A DNA stretch of 37,218 nucleotides from an uncultured Candidatus Saccharibacteria bacterium (GTDB lineage: Bacteria > Patescibacteriota > UBA1384 > XYA2-FULL-43-10): the NCBI GenBank assembly GCA_964426805.1, contig CAYRRY010000004.1:1-37218 (forward strand), read 5' to 3'. The notes under the pieces were generated by a model. The model searched no databases. It was not told where the DNA came from and saw only the letters and a list, made by a program, of their open reading frames with translations. Below are positions 8,563 to 17,921 of this stretch, piece by piece. Both the position numbers and the translations under genes were made by a program. Position 1 is the stretch's first letter. Each line of letters opens with the position of its first letter.

Positions 8563-9279
8563 TTACCTTGTCTTGGATTCCTTTACGTATTTTTTGACAA
8601 TCTTTAACGATTCTTCGAGTTCTTGGTCGGAAAATGGTTTGAAATCAATTTTTGGGTCAATCTGTTTAGAAGCGACAAAATTTTGGATGTAAAATCTTTT
8701 TGCCCCTTTTATCGACTTACCTATCTCCTCAAAATCTTTTGGTTCAAGATAAGGCTTCATTACCGTAGTACGAAATTCGTAGTCAATACCGGAGTTCATA
8801 ATTAGCTTTATGCTTTTTTTAATATTCTTCTCTATCCCATCTTCAGGATACCCAGAAACATCTTTATAATTTTTAAACGGTGACTTGACGTCCATAGCTA
8901 TATAATCAAGATCTTTGTCTTCAATGATACTCGCTAATACCTCAGGCTTTGAGCCGTTAGAATCTAATTTGACATCGAAACCAAGTGCTTTTATGTGTGA
9001 AATAAATTTCTGAATATCAACTTGAATCGTTGGTTCCCCCCCCGTAATACAAACTCCCTGAATTTTGCCGAGGCGTGATTCTAAAAAACGGAAAAACTGG
9101 TCCTCGTCCAACAAAGGATTAAATTTTTCCGGCAATACTAGCTCTGGGTTGTGACAAAAACCACAACGAAAGGAGCAACCACGGGTAAATACCGTGGACG
9201 CCACTCTGCCTGGAAAATCAACCAGGGTCATCTTTTGAATACCTGCTATCTGCACAAATTCGTATTTCTTATTAGGCAC
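8563..9279 (-). CDS. nrdG: Anaerobic ribonucleoside-triphosphate reductase activating protein (radical SAM)
   Basis: GCSFRCGFCHNPEL (CxxxCxxC), ITGGEP and YEFRTT motifs; directly downstream of nrdD. Confidence 0.92.
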   Translation of the reverse strand: MPNKKYEFVQIAGIQKMTLVDFPGRVASTVFTRGCSFRCGFCHNPELVLPEKFNPLLDEDQFFRFLESRLGKIQGVCITGGEPTIQVDIQKFISHIKALGFDVKLDSNGSKPEVLASIIEDKDLDYIAMDVKSPFKNYKDVSGYPEDGIEKNIKKSIKLIMNSGIDYEFRTTVMKPYLEPKDFEEIGKSIKGAKRFYIQNFVASKQIDPKIDFKPFSDQELEESLKIVKKYVKESKTR

Positions 9280-9334
9280 AAGGTATCACGTATTTTATAT
9301 GCAATTTACTATACGATATCCCTTATACGATTGA

Positions 9335-11662
9335 TCAAACTAATGTTTTCTGCCCAGCCACCACCTTTTCTTTCCCGACGCTTCCAGCCGGGGCTCCAGT
9401 CTCCGACTCATCCTCTGGAGTGTTAGAGCTCTTCACTTCAACGGCCTTCTTTTCTTTTTCTTTTGATTCAACCTTAGTAATTTTAACTTTTGGCTTAACA
9501 TCTTCGACTATACCCTCCAAAAGTGTTTCTTTCTGGACGCTGTCGTCTTCAATCTGTTCATTTTTCTCCGCATCAACTTTAACAGTTTGTCTATCATCAA
9601 ATTCGGCACGTTTTCCATCGTTCCACTGTTTAACTGGACGAAGATAGCCCACTACCCGTGCATAAACCTCATTTTCTGCGCCACACTTTTCACACTTTTC
9701 GACTTTCCCGGCAATATAACCATGATTGGGACAAACCGAAAATGTTGGACTGATAGTAAAGTAAGGCAGACGATAATTGTTACAAACTGTTTTTATCATA
9801 TTCTTCATGGATTTAATATCTGTTATCTCTTCTCCAACAAAGAGGTGAACTACGGTTCCGCCAGTATATTTTGTCTGAATATCATCTTGAAGATCCAAAA
9901 GTTCGAAAGCATCGTCTGTAAAATCTACTGGGAGTTGAGTCGAATTAGTATAGTAAACTGGCGCCCCACTTTCCTGATGCTGTGCTTCGTTAGCCGCCAT
10001 GATATCTGGGAAAACCTCTTTATCCTTTTTGGCCAATCTATAGGAAGTCCCCTCGGCAGGAGTCGCTTCCAGGTTATAATTGTTGCCTGTTTCCTCTTGA
10101 TATTTTGATATCTTTTCACGCATATAGTCCATAACCTCTAAAGTAAACTTCTGGCCTTCAGCAGTTGTTATATCGCGACCAAGTAAATTTAATATTGCCT
10201 CATTCATCCCAATCAGACCAATTGTTGAGAAGTGGTTGCTCCAGAATTTACCATCGCGTTTTTTAATATCGCGCAAATAAAACTTCGAATAGGGATAAAG
10301 GCCAGCATCAGTCATGTCTTCAAGTACTTTCCTCTTTAGCTCCAAACTATCCTTTGCAAGGTCCATAACGTAGGAGAGATTATACAGGAATTCTCTCTTG
10401 TCTCGTGAACGATAGCCAAGTCTTGGCAAATTGACCGTAACAACTCCGATAGAACCGGTAAGTGGATTCGCACCAAAGAGCCCTCCTCCGCGCTTTCGAA
10501 GCTCTCTGTTGTCTAAGCGAAGCCGGCAACACATGCTTCTTGCATCTTCCGGATTCATATCGGAGTTTACGAAGTTTGAAAAATAAGGAATGCCGTATTT
10601 AGCAGTCATCTTCCAGACGTTTTCTAAACGTGGATTGTCCCAATCAAAATCTTTGGTGATATTGTAAGTCGGGATTGGAAAAGTAAAAACTCTCCCTTTT
10701 GCATCCCCCTCCGAAACAACCTCTGCAAAAACATCATTGAAAATATCCATCTCTTTCTGGAAATCTTTATATTTATCTTTTGTTGGTTCCCCGCCAACTA
10801 TTACGTTTTGATCAGCTAAAATTGAGGGTACGTTCAAATCAAGTGTAACGTTTGTAAAAGGAGTCTGAAAACCAACTCTAGTTGAAACGTTCATGTTGAA
10901 CATAAACTCCTGAATAGCCTGTTTTATCTCTTTTCTTGAAAGCTTGTCGTATCGAATAAACGGAGCAAGCAGAGTATCAAAATTTGATATGGCTTGAGCT
11001 CCCGCTGCTTCTCCTTGTAAAGTATAAAAAAAGTTAACGAGCTGTCCTAATGCAGTTTTTAAATGTTTGGCTGGTTTTGATTCAGTTTTTCCAGGGACAC
11101 CTTTGAAACCTACTCGAAGCAAATCTTGCAAATCCCAACCCACGCAGTAAACTGAGATACTGTCTAAATCATGTATGTGCATTTCGCCGTCTTCAGCCGC
11201 TCTTTTGATCTCTGCTGGATAAACTTTTTTTAACCAATATGATTTGGAAATCTGTGAAGCAACATAGTTATTTAAACCCTGCAAGGAATAAGCCATATTA
11301 GAGTTCTCTTTGACCTCCCAATCCAGATTACCCAAATACTGTTCAACAATATTTACCTGTTCATCGGCAGCTAATTCGCGAAGTTCTGATCTTTTCTGTC
11401 TATACAAAATATATGACTTGGCCGTAGTTCTATACTTTGAACTCAAAAGAACATCTTCAACCACATCTTGCAGCTCTTCCACTGTTGGCATCTTTCTGCG
11501 AATTTTATCATTTGCTTCTTTGGCAACTTTCTTCGCCAACTTTCTCGCTTCATCTTCACCAAATTCGCCTGTCGCTTTTCCCGCTTTTCCTATTGCTTCA
11601 GCAACTTTTGCTTCGTCAAACTTTACGATTTTTCCGTTTCTCTTTCTGATCTTAGTGAACAT
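9335..11662 (-). CDS. nrdD: Class III (anaerobic) ribonucleoside-triphosphate reductase with N-terminal ATP cone
   Basis: ATP cone (KIRKRNG...FD), HIHDL, SMCCRL finger loop, EATPAEG, YTNS, YTGGT, Zn site CPNH...CEKC and glycyl radical loop RVVGYL. Confidence 0.96.
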   Translation of the reverse strand: MFTKIRKRNGKIVKFDEAKVAEAIGKAGKATGEFGEDEARKLAKKVAKEANDKIRRKMPTVEELQDVVEDVLLSSKYRTTAKSYILYRQKRSELRELAADEQVNIVEQYLGNLDWEVKENSNMAYSLQGLNNYVASQISKSYWLKKVYPAEIKRAAEDGEMHIHDLDSISVYCVGWDLQDLLRVGFKGVPGKTESKPAKHLKTALGQLVNFFYTLQGEAAGAQAISNFDTLLAPFIRYDKLSRKEIKQAIQEFMFNMNVSTRVGFQTPFTNVTLDLNVPSILADQNVIVGGEPTKDKYKDFQKEMDIFNDVFAEVVSEGDAKGRVFTFPIPTYNITKDFDWDNPRLENVWKMTAKYGIPYFSNFVNSDMNPEDARSMCCRLRLDNRELRKRGGGLFGANPLTGSIGVVTVNLPRLGYRSRDKREFLYNLSYVMDLAKDSLELKRKVLEDMTDAGLYPYSKFYLRDIKKRDGKFWSNHFSTIGLIGMNEAILNLLGRDITTAEGQKFTLEVMDYMREKISKYQEETGNNYNLEATPAEGTSYRLAKKDKEVFPDIMAANEAQHQESGAPVYYTNSTQLPVDFTDDAFELLDLQDDIQTKYTGGTVVHLFVGEEITDIKSMKNMIKTVCNNYRLPYFTISPTFSVCPNHGYIAGKVEKCEKCGAENEVYARVVGYLRPVKQWNDGKRAEFDDRQTVKVDAEKNEQIEDDSVQKETLLEGIVEDVKPKVKITKVESKEKEKKAVEVKSSNTPEDESETGAPAGSVGKEKVVAGQKTLV

Positions 11663-11729
11663 TTTCCCTCCAAGGAATTTTTTATTATCGGTTTTTATTT
11701 CCAGTTGTTTGTCTGAGTTATTAAAATAT

Positions 11730-11778
11730 ACACAATATGTTGTGTTTATGACAAGCCCTTAACCACTATATATAGTGG
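11730..11778. promoter_or_regulatory. Tandem NrdR boxes
   Basis: ACACAATATGTTGTGT (11730-11745) and CCACTATATATAGTGG (11763-11778) match acaCwAtATaTwGtgt. Starts are 33 bp apart, directly upstream of nrdD. Confidence 0.88.
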
Positions 11779-11898
11779 TAATTTCACTTAAAGTTATCAA
11801 CAGGCTGAATTATGGCTCCTGCACTAGGTATTATAGAGTAATATTTGAGATATTATCTTGGCTCATATATTTTATAAATTGAGCATCGAGGGATACAA

Positions 11899-11924
11899 AA
11901 AAGACCACGAGTAATTGGTCTTTT
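11899..11924 (-). terminator. Intrinsic terminator
   Basis: AAAAGACCA-CGAGTAAT-TGGTCTTTT just downstream of the 11940..13436 gene. Confidence 0.6.
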
Positions 11925-11939
11925 AAATAAAGAATAATC

Positions 11940-13436
11940 TTAGAAGTTTTTGTTAATTGTAATAGAAGTTTCAGCAGTATTGCCGGATGTGTCAAAGGCT
12001 TTAGCTGTTAAAGTATAGCTTCCGAGCGGTGTCCCCTCTGCAAGCCAAGTTCTATTTATCGGAGTTCCACTCTGCTCCGCAACTAAAATGCCGTTGATCA
12101 AGAACTGTATTTTTTGTACCGCTACATTGTCATTGGCGGAGGCAAATATCGCTAAATTGCTACTATCCCACTCCCACGGACTGCTAGCCGGCTGAGTAAT
12201 GGTAACAACCGGATCTGTATTATCAACAGGACCGGTATTATTTATCGTTACAGAGATAGATGTTTCGCTATTTTGATATTGATCATGTGCTTTCACCATA
12301 ATCGTATGCGAACCATTGCTATAGACCGCAGTGTTCCAGCTTGTTTCATATGGAGAAGAAGAATCTGCAGCTAAAAGTGCTCCATCTATATAGAAATCAA
12401 CATGCGTAACAGATACGTTATCAGAAGCAGAGGCTTGAATAATTACTGGGCCCGAAACCTCAGAACCGTTGACGGGAGAGGTTACTGAGACAGTTGGAGC
12501 TGTGGTGTCTTCTGGTTCAGGAATCGCTCCAGACATACCATAAAGCCAAGTTCTAGTTGCCTGCGAGGGCAAACCGTAAGTACCGCTCATCGCATGTTGG
12601 CCATAACCTGAAAAGAGATATGAATAATCTTCTGCAATAACCTCGGCTTCACAATTGCCCCAACCTAGCGAATAGTCAACCGCGGTCGTCTCATACGAAA
12701 GAGGTCTAACAGAATAATATTCTTCAGGAAATCTCTCCCCCTGCGGCAAGTTATAATCCACCCACTTATGGTACAAAGTATAGTGGTGACCGTATTCGTG
12801 AGAAAGAATTAACTTCATATAATCTTCAAAATTGGGAGAGCTTTCATAACCGTATACATTTAACTTTATCCAGCCAAAAGCGGAAGTGATGTTCGAGCCG
12901 TTGGCAATATAGCTTCCGGTGTACAAACCACCATATCCACAATCAGAACAATCAATCATCTCGATCTCATACATATATGAGAGATCAGAACTGGTCCAAA
13001 GAAGATTATTGCTCAGATAGCTCTTTAATGTATCTCCCAAATTAGGATATCTACCAGTAGTGTCGTTATAGGTAATAGCAGAAGCAGCTCCCGCTCCGGC
13101 ATAGTCTTGAAGCTTTTCAACATCTTCGTCCGAGATACTTCCGTCGGAAACTATAGTTGCTGTTCCCTCAGAGGTAGAGATTTCCTTGGAGGATCCTGAG
13201 CCGAGATACTTTGGTTTGCTCCCAAGCTCCCCTTCTTCTTCATCATCTATTGGTGGCTCCGATATTTCAGGTAATTCTAATTTGATATCCAGACCGGGGC
13301 TCGGTAAATCCGGCACGCCCCGATAAAAATAAAATCCCAAGGCACCTCCGACAACAAGCAAAAAAACCACAATCCATACAGTCGGATAGATGAAGTTGAA
13401 AAAACGCCTATTTCTCAAGATGTCTCTATAGTCCAA
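11940..13436 (-). CDS. Membrane-anchored zincin-like metallopeptidase with two C-terminal bacterial Ig-like domains
   Basis: N-terminal TM helix; HEYGHH with downstream AEVIAEDY; two DxTxPxVxxTxP...ASDNVxVxxVxFxIxG repeats. Confidence 0.8.
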   Translation of the reverse strand: MDYRDILRNRRFFNFIYPTVWIVVFLLVVGGALGFYFYRGVPDLPSPGLDIKLELPEISEPPIDDEEEGELGSKPKYLGSGSSKEISTSEGTATIVSDGSISDEDVEKLQDYAGAGAASAITYNDTTGRYPNLGDTLKSYLSNNLLWTSSDLSYMYEIEMIDCSDCGYGGLYTGSYIANGSNITSAFGWIKLNVYGYESSPNFEDYMKLILSHEYGHHYTLYHKWVDYNLPQGERFPEEYYSVRPLSYETTAVDYSLGWGNCEAEVIAEDYSYLFSGYGQHAMSGTYGLPSQATRTWLYGMSGAIPEPEDTTAPTVSVTSPVNGSEVSGPVIIQASASDNVSVTHVDFYIDGALLAADSSSPYETSWNTAVYSNGSHTIMVKAHDQYQNSETSISVTINNTGPVDNTDPVVTITQPASSPWEWDSSNLAIFASANDNVAVQKIQFLINGILVAEQSGTPINRTWLAEGTPLGSYTLTAKAFDTSGNTAETSITINKNF

Positions 13437-13453
13437 AACCCCTCCCTATTAAT

Positions 13454-14137
13454 TTATTGTGTAAAACTAAAAGTGTTGGCAATCTGATTTAGCATCACAT
13501 CACTTAAAACATTCCCCGTCTTTGAACTAGTTGAAATATCAACCCCGATAGCTATTTCGGCTGAAGGATTATAGGTAAACATAATATGTCCGCTTGATAC
13601 ATATTGTACGGCATTAGCTTTTTCCATTATAAACTCGATGACCGGTTGGCTATTCACAGTAGCGGTCTTCAACCCCGAAGGTCCACCTTCCCATTCAGAA
13701 AAATAACTATTGATAAAATTAAGCGTGACCAAACCACCCATATCAAAAACTTGAACAAATATGCTATCTTCGGTTGTCGTCCCATTATCAGTATTTAAGC
13801 TGATTAAATATTTTCGCGCATCCCCATAATCTTGGGAGATTTCCAGAATGTTCCAATCGCTAGAATAGTCAAACTTGAATCCATATTCATTGTTTGAATA
13901 GGTTGTTTGACCTGAAATACCCTCATCGTCCAATACCTGGCTTGCCCCATCCTCAGACCGGTTAGCATCATTTTTCAGAATATCTATTTGAATTTCTAAT
14001 TCATCTATTTGGCTTTGTAGCTCTGTTTTTTCTTCTTCTGCTTTTCTATTTTCTTGATTCAAATAATAATAACTCCAGCCAGCCACCAGGACCACCGCCA
14101 ATATTACTGCAATGATTACTTTCCAAGCTGTAGACAT
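13454..14137 (-). CDS. Hypothetical membrane-anchored protein (coiled coil plus PsbP-like domain)
   Basis: TM helix, heptad-like segment, TYSNNEYGFKFDYSSDW motif and C-terminal NQIANTFSF; AGGAGG SD upstream. Confidence 0.7.
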   Translation of the reverse strand: MSTAWKVIIAVILAVVLVAGWSYYYLNQENRKAEEEKTELQSQIDELEIQIDILKNDANRSEDGASQVLDDEGISGQTTYSNNEYGFKFDYSSDWNILEISQDYGDARKYLISLNTDNGTTTEDSIFVQVFDMGGLVTLNFINSYFSEWEGGPSGLKTATVNSQPVIEFIMEKANAVQYVSSGHIMFTYNPSAEIAIGVDISTSSKTGNVLSDVMLNQIANTFSFTQ

Positions 14138-14309
14138 ATTCCTCCTAAATAATTATTGGTTCTCGCTATTCTAGTTCAAAACTCCTCACTTTTTTGTTGA
14201 TATTACCATTTTATCAAATTTTCCTACGATTGACACCTGGGCTTATTTTTGGTAAGAAGTATGTGCAGACAACCGCCGACTATCATGGATATTTCAGGAG
14301 GAGAGACCG

Positions 14310-14837
14310 ATGACAGAAGCGCAGCATGTGAGAGTGTTGATCATCGCAGAAAAGGCTGTGGCCAACACTGCACGCTCCGCGATGATGCAAGCCTTCCCCA
14401 ACCGATGTCTGATGACTACCGAATCGAGCATCGATGAAGCGAGGAGGACACTCGATGACTATGACGAGAACTTCGACCTGGTGATCGTTGATCTGGATGA
14501 CATGTCAACAGGGCAAGTGGAAGACACCCTCATGCAGATATGTAGTCGTCGGCCCAACGTCAAGATCATCGCCCTCGGGGAGTTTCAGTTTGCACGCGCT
14601 ACACGTGCTATCGCCTCCGACGCACTGACGTTCATTCATGTAGAAGGAAGACGCCTTCCGAACCAGAAGCCAATTCCCAAATGGTGGACACTGATAGTAC
14701 GCGCCGCAAGCGCTGTCGCTACAGGTCTACTAACGATCATTCATCGAGGCGACAACCGCCTACCGAACTGGGGATCGCTTCTCAGAGAGTGGGCGTTGAT
14801 AGCTTACGCTCTGAGCAAAGAAGAAAGCGCTAAATGA
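14310..14837 (+). CDS. Hypothetical protein with degenerate receiver (REC-like) domain
   Basis: VLIIAE...FDLVIVDL...PNVKIIAL pattern. Strong AGGAGG SD, TTGACA at 14230 and visibly higher GC than flanks. Confidence 0.6.
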   Translation: MTEAQHVRVLIIAEKAVANTARSAMMQAFPNRCLMTTESSIDEARRTLDDYDENFDLVIVDLDDMSTGQVEDTLMQICSRRPNVKIIALGEFQFARATRAIASDALTFIHVEGRRLPNQKPIPKWWTLIVRAASAVATGLLTIIHRGDNRLPNWGSLLREWALIAYALSKEESAK

Positions 14838-14881
14838 CTGGACAAGACAATCCGGTTGCCAAGAGCAACCACGGACCTCGT

Positions 14882-14914
14882 AGGTCGCCCCGCTCGGGCG
14901 ACCTGTTTGTTTTT
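14882..14914 (+). terminator. Intrinsic terminator
   Basis: AGGTCGCCC-CGCTC-GGGCGACCT followed by GTTTGTTTTT. Confidence 0.85.
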
Positions 14915-14931
14915 ATGCGATAATGTAACAG

Positions 14932-15471
14932 ATGAAAAAATCTAAAATAGTCTTTTTAATACTTATAAATATCGTCTGGGCTGTGGCAGCTCTTATTTAT
15001 GACATCCCAGCAATTGCCAAAGTCCCTATCTATTTTTGGCCGTTTATCGTTATCTGTCCCGCCTACCCCACTCTCCTGGCAATTACTTGGTGGCAAATAT
15101 ATAAAAATAAGAAACCAAACAACTATTTACTTGCCTTCGCCGCAATTCCAAGCGCTGCTTACCTTATAGGTGCTCTCATCTTTTATCCAACCACTATGAT
15201 ACTTAGTGGTTTTAGTTGGTTAGATTTCGGACAGATATTCCGGGTAGCAGTCTATGGACTACAGGGAGCATATTTACTTAAAAAATACCCAATAAAAAAA
15301 TCACCACTAATTTTGGTGACGGTTTTTCTAATAATCTCTTTTATAATTCAATACTCAACTAAAACGTATAACTATATAAACTTATCGGTTCTTAGCGATA
15401 TTATATCATTAATAGGATATTCTTCTTTGGTTTTGATGTTATTTGCACTCTTATTTAAAAAGTTGAAATAA
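14932..15471 (+). CDS. Integral membrane protein (possibly DUF1405-like)
   Basis: About six hydrophobic helices; PIYFWPFIVICP motif. Confidence 0.6.
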   Translation: MKKSKIVFLILINIVWAVAALIYDIPAIAKVPIYFWPFIVICPAYPTLLAITWWQIYKNKKPNNYLLAFAAIPSAAYLIGALIFYPTTMILSGFSWLDFGQIFRVAVYGLQGAYLLKKYPIKKSPLILVTVFLIISFIIQYSTKTYNYINLSVLSDIISLIGYSSLVLMLFALLFKKLK

Positions 15472-15512
15472 CAAGATAAGCGTAACTAACTTTATTTTGC
15501 TATAATTCGAGT

Positions 15513-16541
15513 ATGGATATTAGAAAAAAACTTATAATATTTTTATCCGCCCCTACTGGTCTGCGACCACGGATTCTGCTTGGACTTTTTTTGATTGTTA
15601 CAATATTGGCTTCCCTGTATTTGACTTCAAAAATAAATAATCTTTCTTTTACCGCAAATACTGAGAATGATATATTGACAGATTATTCAAAAGAGCAAGC
15701 ATTGATTGCAGAAGAAGAAAGCCCAAATGAAGAAACCGCTACTACTCCTAAAAAAAGCAGCTCGAGTTCTAGCAGTACAGCAGATACATCGGAAAACAGT
15801 TCTCCCACCGCTGCTAACGATGAAACGAGTAGCCCAGACGATGACAGCGAGCCAGATACTCCAACCTTTGTCGCTTACTATGCCGACAATCAATCCGATA
15901 GCGACGAAGACGATGTGCGCCACCTGTCTGTCGTAAACAAGATATTAGCAACTAGCGCTAATCCAGTTTTCCACGCTGGAGATATTATGGAAGATGGAAC
16001 CTTGGACAGTTGGAACCGCTTCTTGAATATTGCAGACCCACTGCTTTCAACAAAGACTTTTTATGCCGCACTTGGTAATAATGATCGTGTAGTCGGTGAT
16101 TCGACAACTCCCTCGCCCTATTTTTTAGATTATTTTAATTTTCCCGGCAATGAACAGTGGTATTCTGTTGACTACGGCAATTTACATATGGTAATACTTG
16201 ACAGCGCTTATTCCGCCTCCAGCCCATCTCAACTCTCCTGGCTAGCTTCCGACTTGCAAAACGCAGAATCACAAAACAAGGTAACAGGAGTAATGTATCA
16301 CCACCCAACATTTGCTAGTACTGTCAGTTCATATTTGAATAGCTATGGTGCAGATTTTGTAATAGCTGGTCACATACATACCTACACTAAATTAGAAAGT
16401 AGCGGAGTTTACTACTTCACTCTCCCCGGTGGCACCTCTATCGGCTACGCCCTAGCGAATATTTATTCAAATTCAGTAAACATCACCTTCTATAATAATA
16501 GTGGTGGAGTAATCGAGAACTCTTCTTTTTCAGCAAGATAA
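15513..16541 (+). CDS. Membrane-anchored calcineurin-like metallophosphoesterase
   Basis: TM helix, Ser/Asp-rich linker, then ADNQ, FHAGDI, LGNND, YHHP and AGHIH motifs. Confidence 0.85.
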   Translation: MDIRKKLIIFLSAPTGLRPRILLGLFLIVTILASLYLTSKINNLSFTANTENDILTDYSKEQALIAEEESPNEETATTPKKSSSSSSSTADTSENSSPTAANDETSSPDDDSEPDTPTFVAYYADNQSDSDEDDVRHLSVVNKILATSANPVFHAGDIMEDGTLDSWNRFLNIADPLLSTKTFYAALGNNDRVVGDSTTPSPYFLDYFNFPGNEQWYSVDYGNLHMVILDSAYSASSPSQLSWLASDLQNAESQNKVTGVMYHHPTFASTVSSYLNSYGADFVIAGHIHTYTKLESSGVYYFTLPGGTSIGYALANIYSNSVNITFYNNSGGVIENSSFSAR

Positions 16542-16616
16542 TTTCTATTCTATTATCATCTTGATTGGATATTCTCTGCTTTCAGCATCCACAATCTACA
16601 TATCTATCAAAAAATA

Positions 16617-17921
16617 TCACTCATTACGAAGGGCTTGAATCGGATCAAGTTTTTGGGCTTTTCTCGCTGGAATAACTCCTGCAAGGAAACTTAGGGCTCC
16701 TAAGCCAACGACGACCATCAGAACATCTTGCAAAGTCAAAATAATCACTCCATTCTCAAAACCGTATTCGAGTAGTTTATCTTTAAAAATTCCATTTATT
16801 ATCTCTTGAGTTACGAAAGCGAACATCGAACCCACAATCGCCCCGATTACACCGATAATTATTGCTTCATATGAAAATAATCTTCGGACATTTCTGTTTG
16901 ACATACCAAGCGCTTTTAAAAGACCTATTTCTTTTGTTCTTTCGTATACTGACATCAACTGAGTGTTAATTATCCCAAAGGCAGCAGCTAGAAGTGCGAT
17001 AACGCTAAAGCCACTGAGCGCTAGAGTTACCGTGCTTAAAACAGAGGAGATAACCTCCGTAAGATCAGCCAAACTGCTTAGTTCATATTTATCATTAATA
17101 TCCTTCACAGATTGGCGAACCGAGTCTTCCACCTCGGGCGAAGCAAGTAAAATTGATGCAGATATGAATTTATTATAATTTTCACTCTCTCTCTGTTCTA
17201 AATCGTAGATTTTCTTCGCCGCTTCAACGCTTATCACTGCTTTGCCGCTATCTGGTGTTATCTGCTCAAAACCGATATCGCCACTTGCTGTGATACCAAC
17301 AATGCTGAACTCTTGTTCCTCTATTTCATTTTCTGAATTGATAAATCCTAATGTAATTTTCTGGCCCACCATTTCATCAGCTGTTTTGTCGAAAGATTTC
17401 AAATAGGTATCAGAGAGCACAACGTCTTGGGCCTTCCACTCATCTGGATAACTCCCAGCAACAGCATCAACTTCGCCGTATGAGCGGATGCCTAAAGTGC
17501 TGACAACATATTTTGTATCCTCACCAACTAGATTCAAATATTCTGCAGATAGTTCGTAATCTGGCCAAACTAACTTTGCTCCTTCGACCTCTGCAAATTT
17601 GTTAATATCTTCTTCATTCATAAGTTCGATATTCGAAGAACTTTCTGGTCCCCTTCTCAAAGCAGTCACTATCTTTTTATTTTCATCGTAAATCGCGACA
17701 CCTGGCTCATCTTCTTGGTCCGCCAACAATCTCACACTCAAGGTTGGATCGGCGACACTATCCAATTGTCCATTTACACTATCTTGCAGGGCATTGCCCA
17801 AACCTAGAGTTAGCACCAACGAAACAGCGCCAATAGAAAGTGCTAAAACGGTTAAAATGGTTCTGGATTTGTTTCTATTTAGATTTCTAAATCCTTTTTT
17901 TATTATATCGATTGACTTCAT
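16617..17921 (-). CDS. MacB/FtsX-family ABC transporter permease
   Basis: RNKSRTILT N-terminus, large extracellular domain, GIINT..MSVYERTKEIGLLKALG and PARKAQKLDPIQALR. Confidence 0.92.
   Translation of the reverse strand: MKSIDIIKKGFRNLNRNKSRTILTVLALSIGAVSLVLTLGLGNALQDSVNGQLDSVADPTLSVRLLADQEDEPGVAIYDENKKIVTALRRGPESSSNIELMNEEDINKFAEVEGAKLVWPDYELSAEYLNLVGEDTKYVVSTLGIRSYGEVDAVAGSYPDEWKAQDVVLSDTYLKSFDKTADEMVGQKITLGFINSENEIEEQEFSIVGITASGDIGFEQITPDSGKAVISVEAAKKIYDLEQRESENYNKFISASILLASPEVEDSVRQSVKDINDKYELSSLADLTEVISSVLSTVTLALSGFSVIALLAAAFGIINTQLMSVYERTKEIGLLKALGMSNRNVRRLFSYEAIIIGVIGAIVGSMFAFVTQEIINGIFKDKLLEYGFENGVIILTLQDVLMVVVGLGALSFLAGVIPARKAQKLDPIQALRNE

Noticed and set aside
9335..11662. Intein or intron in nrdD
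   Set aside because: Continuous frame, normal motif spacing and no intein splice motifs.
15720..15860. Ser/Asp-rich low-complexity stretch
   Set aside because: Ordinary linker between the membrane anchor and the phosphoesterase domain; no nucleotide-level tandem repeat.
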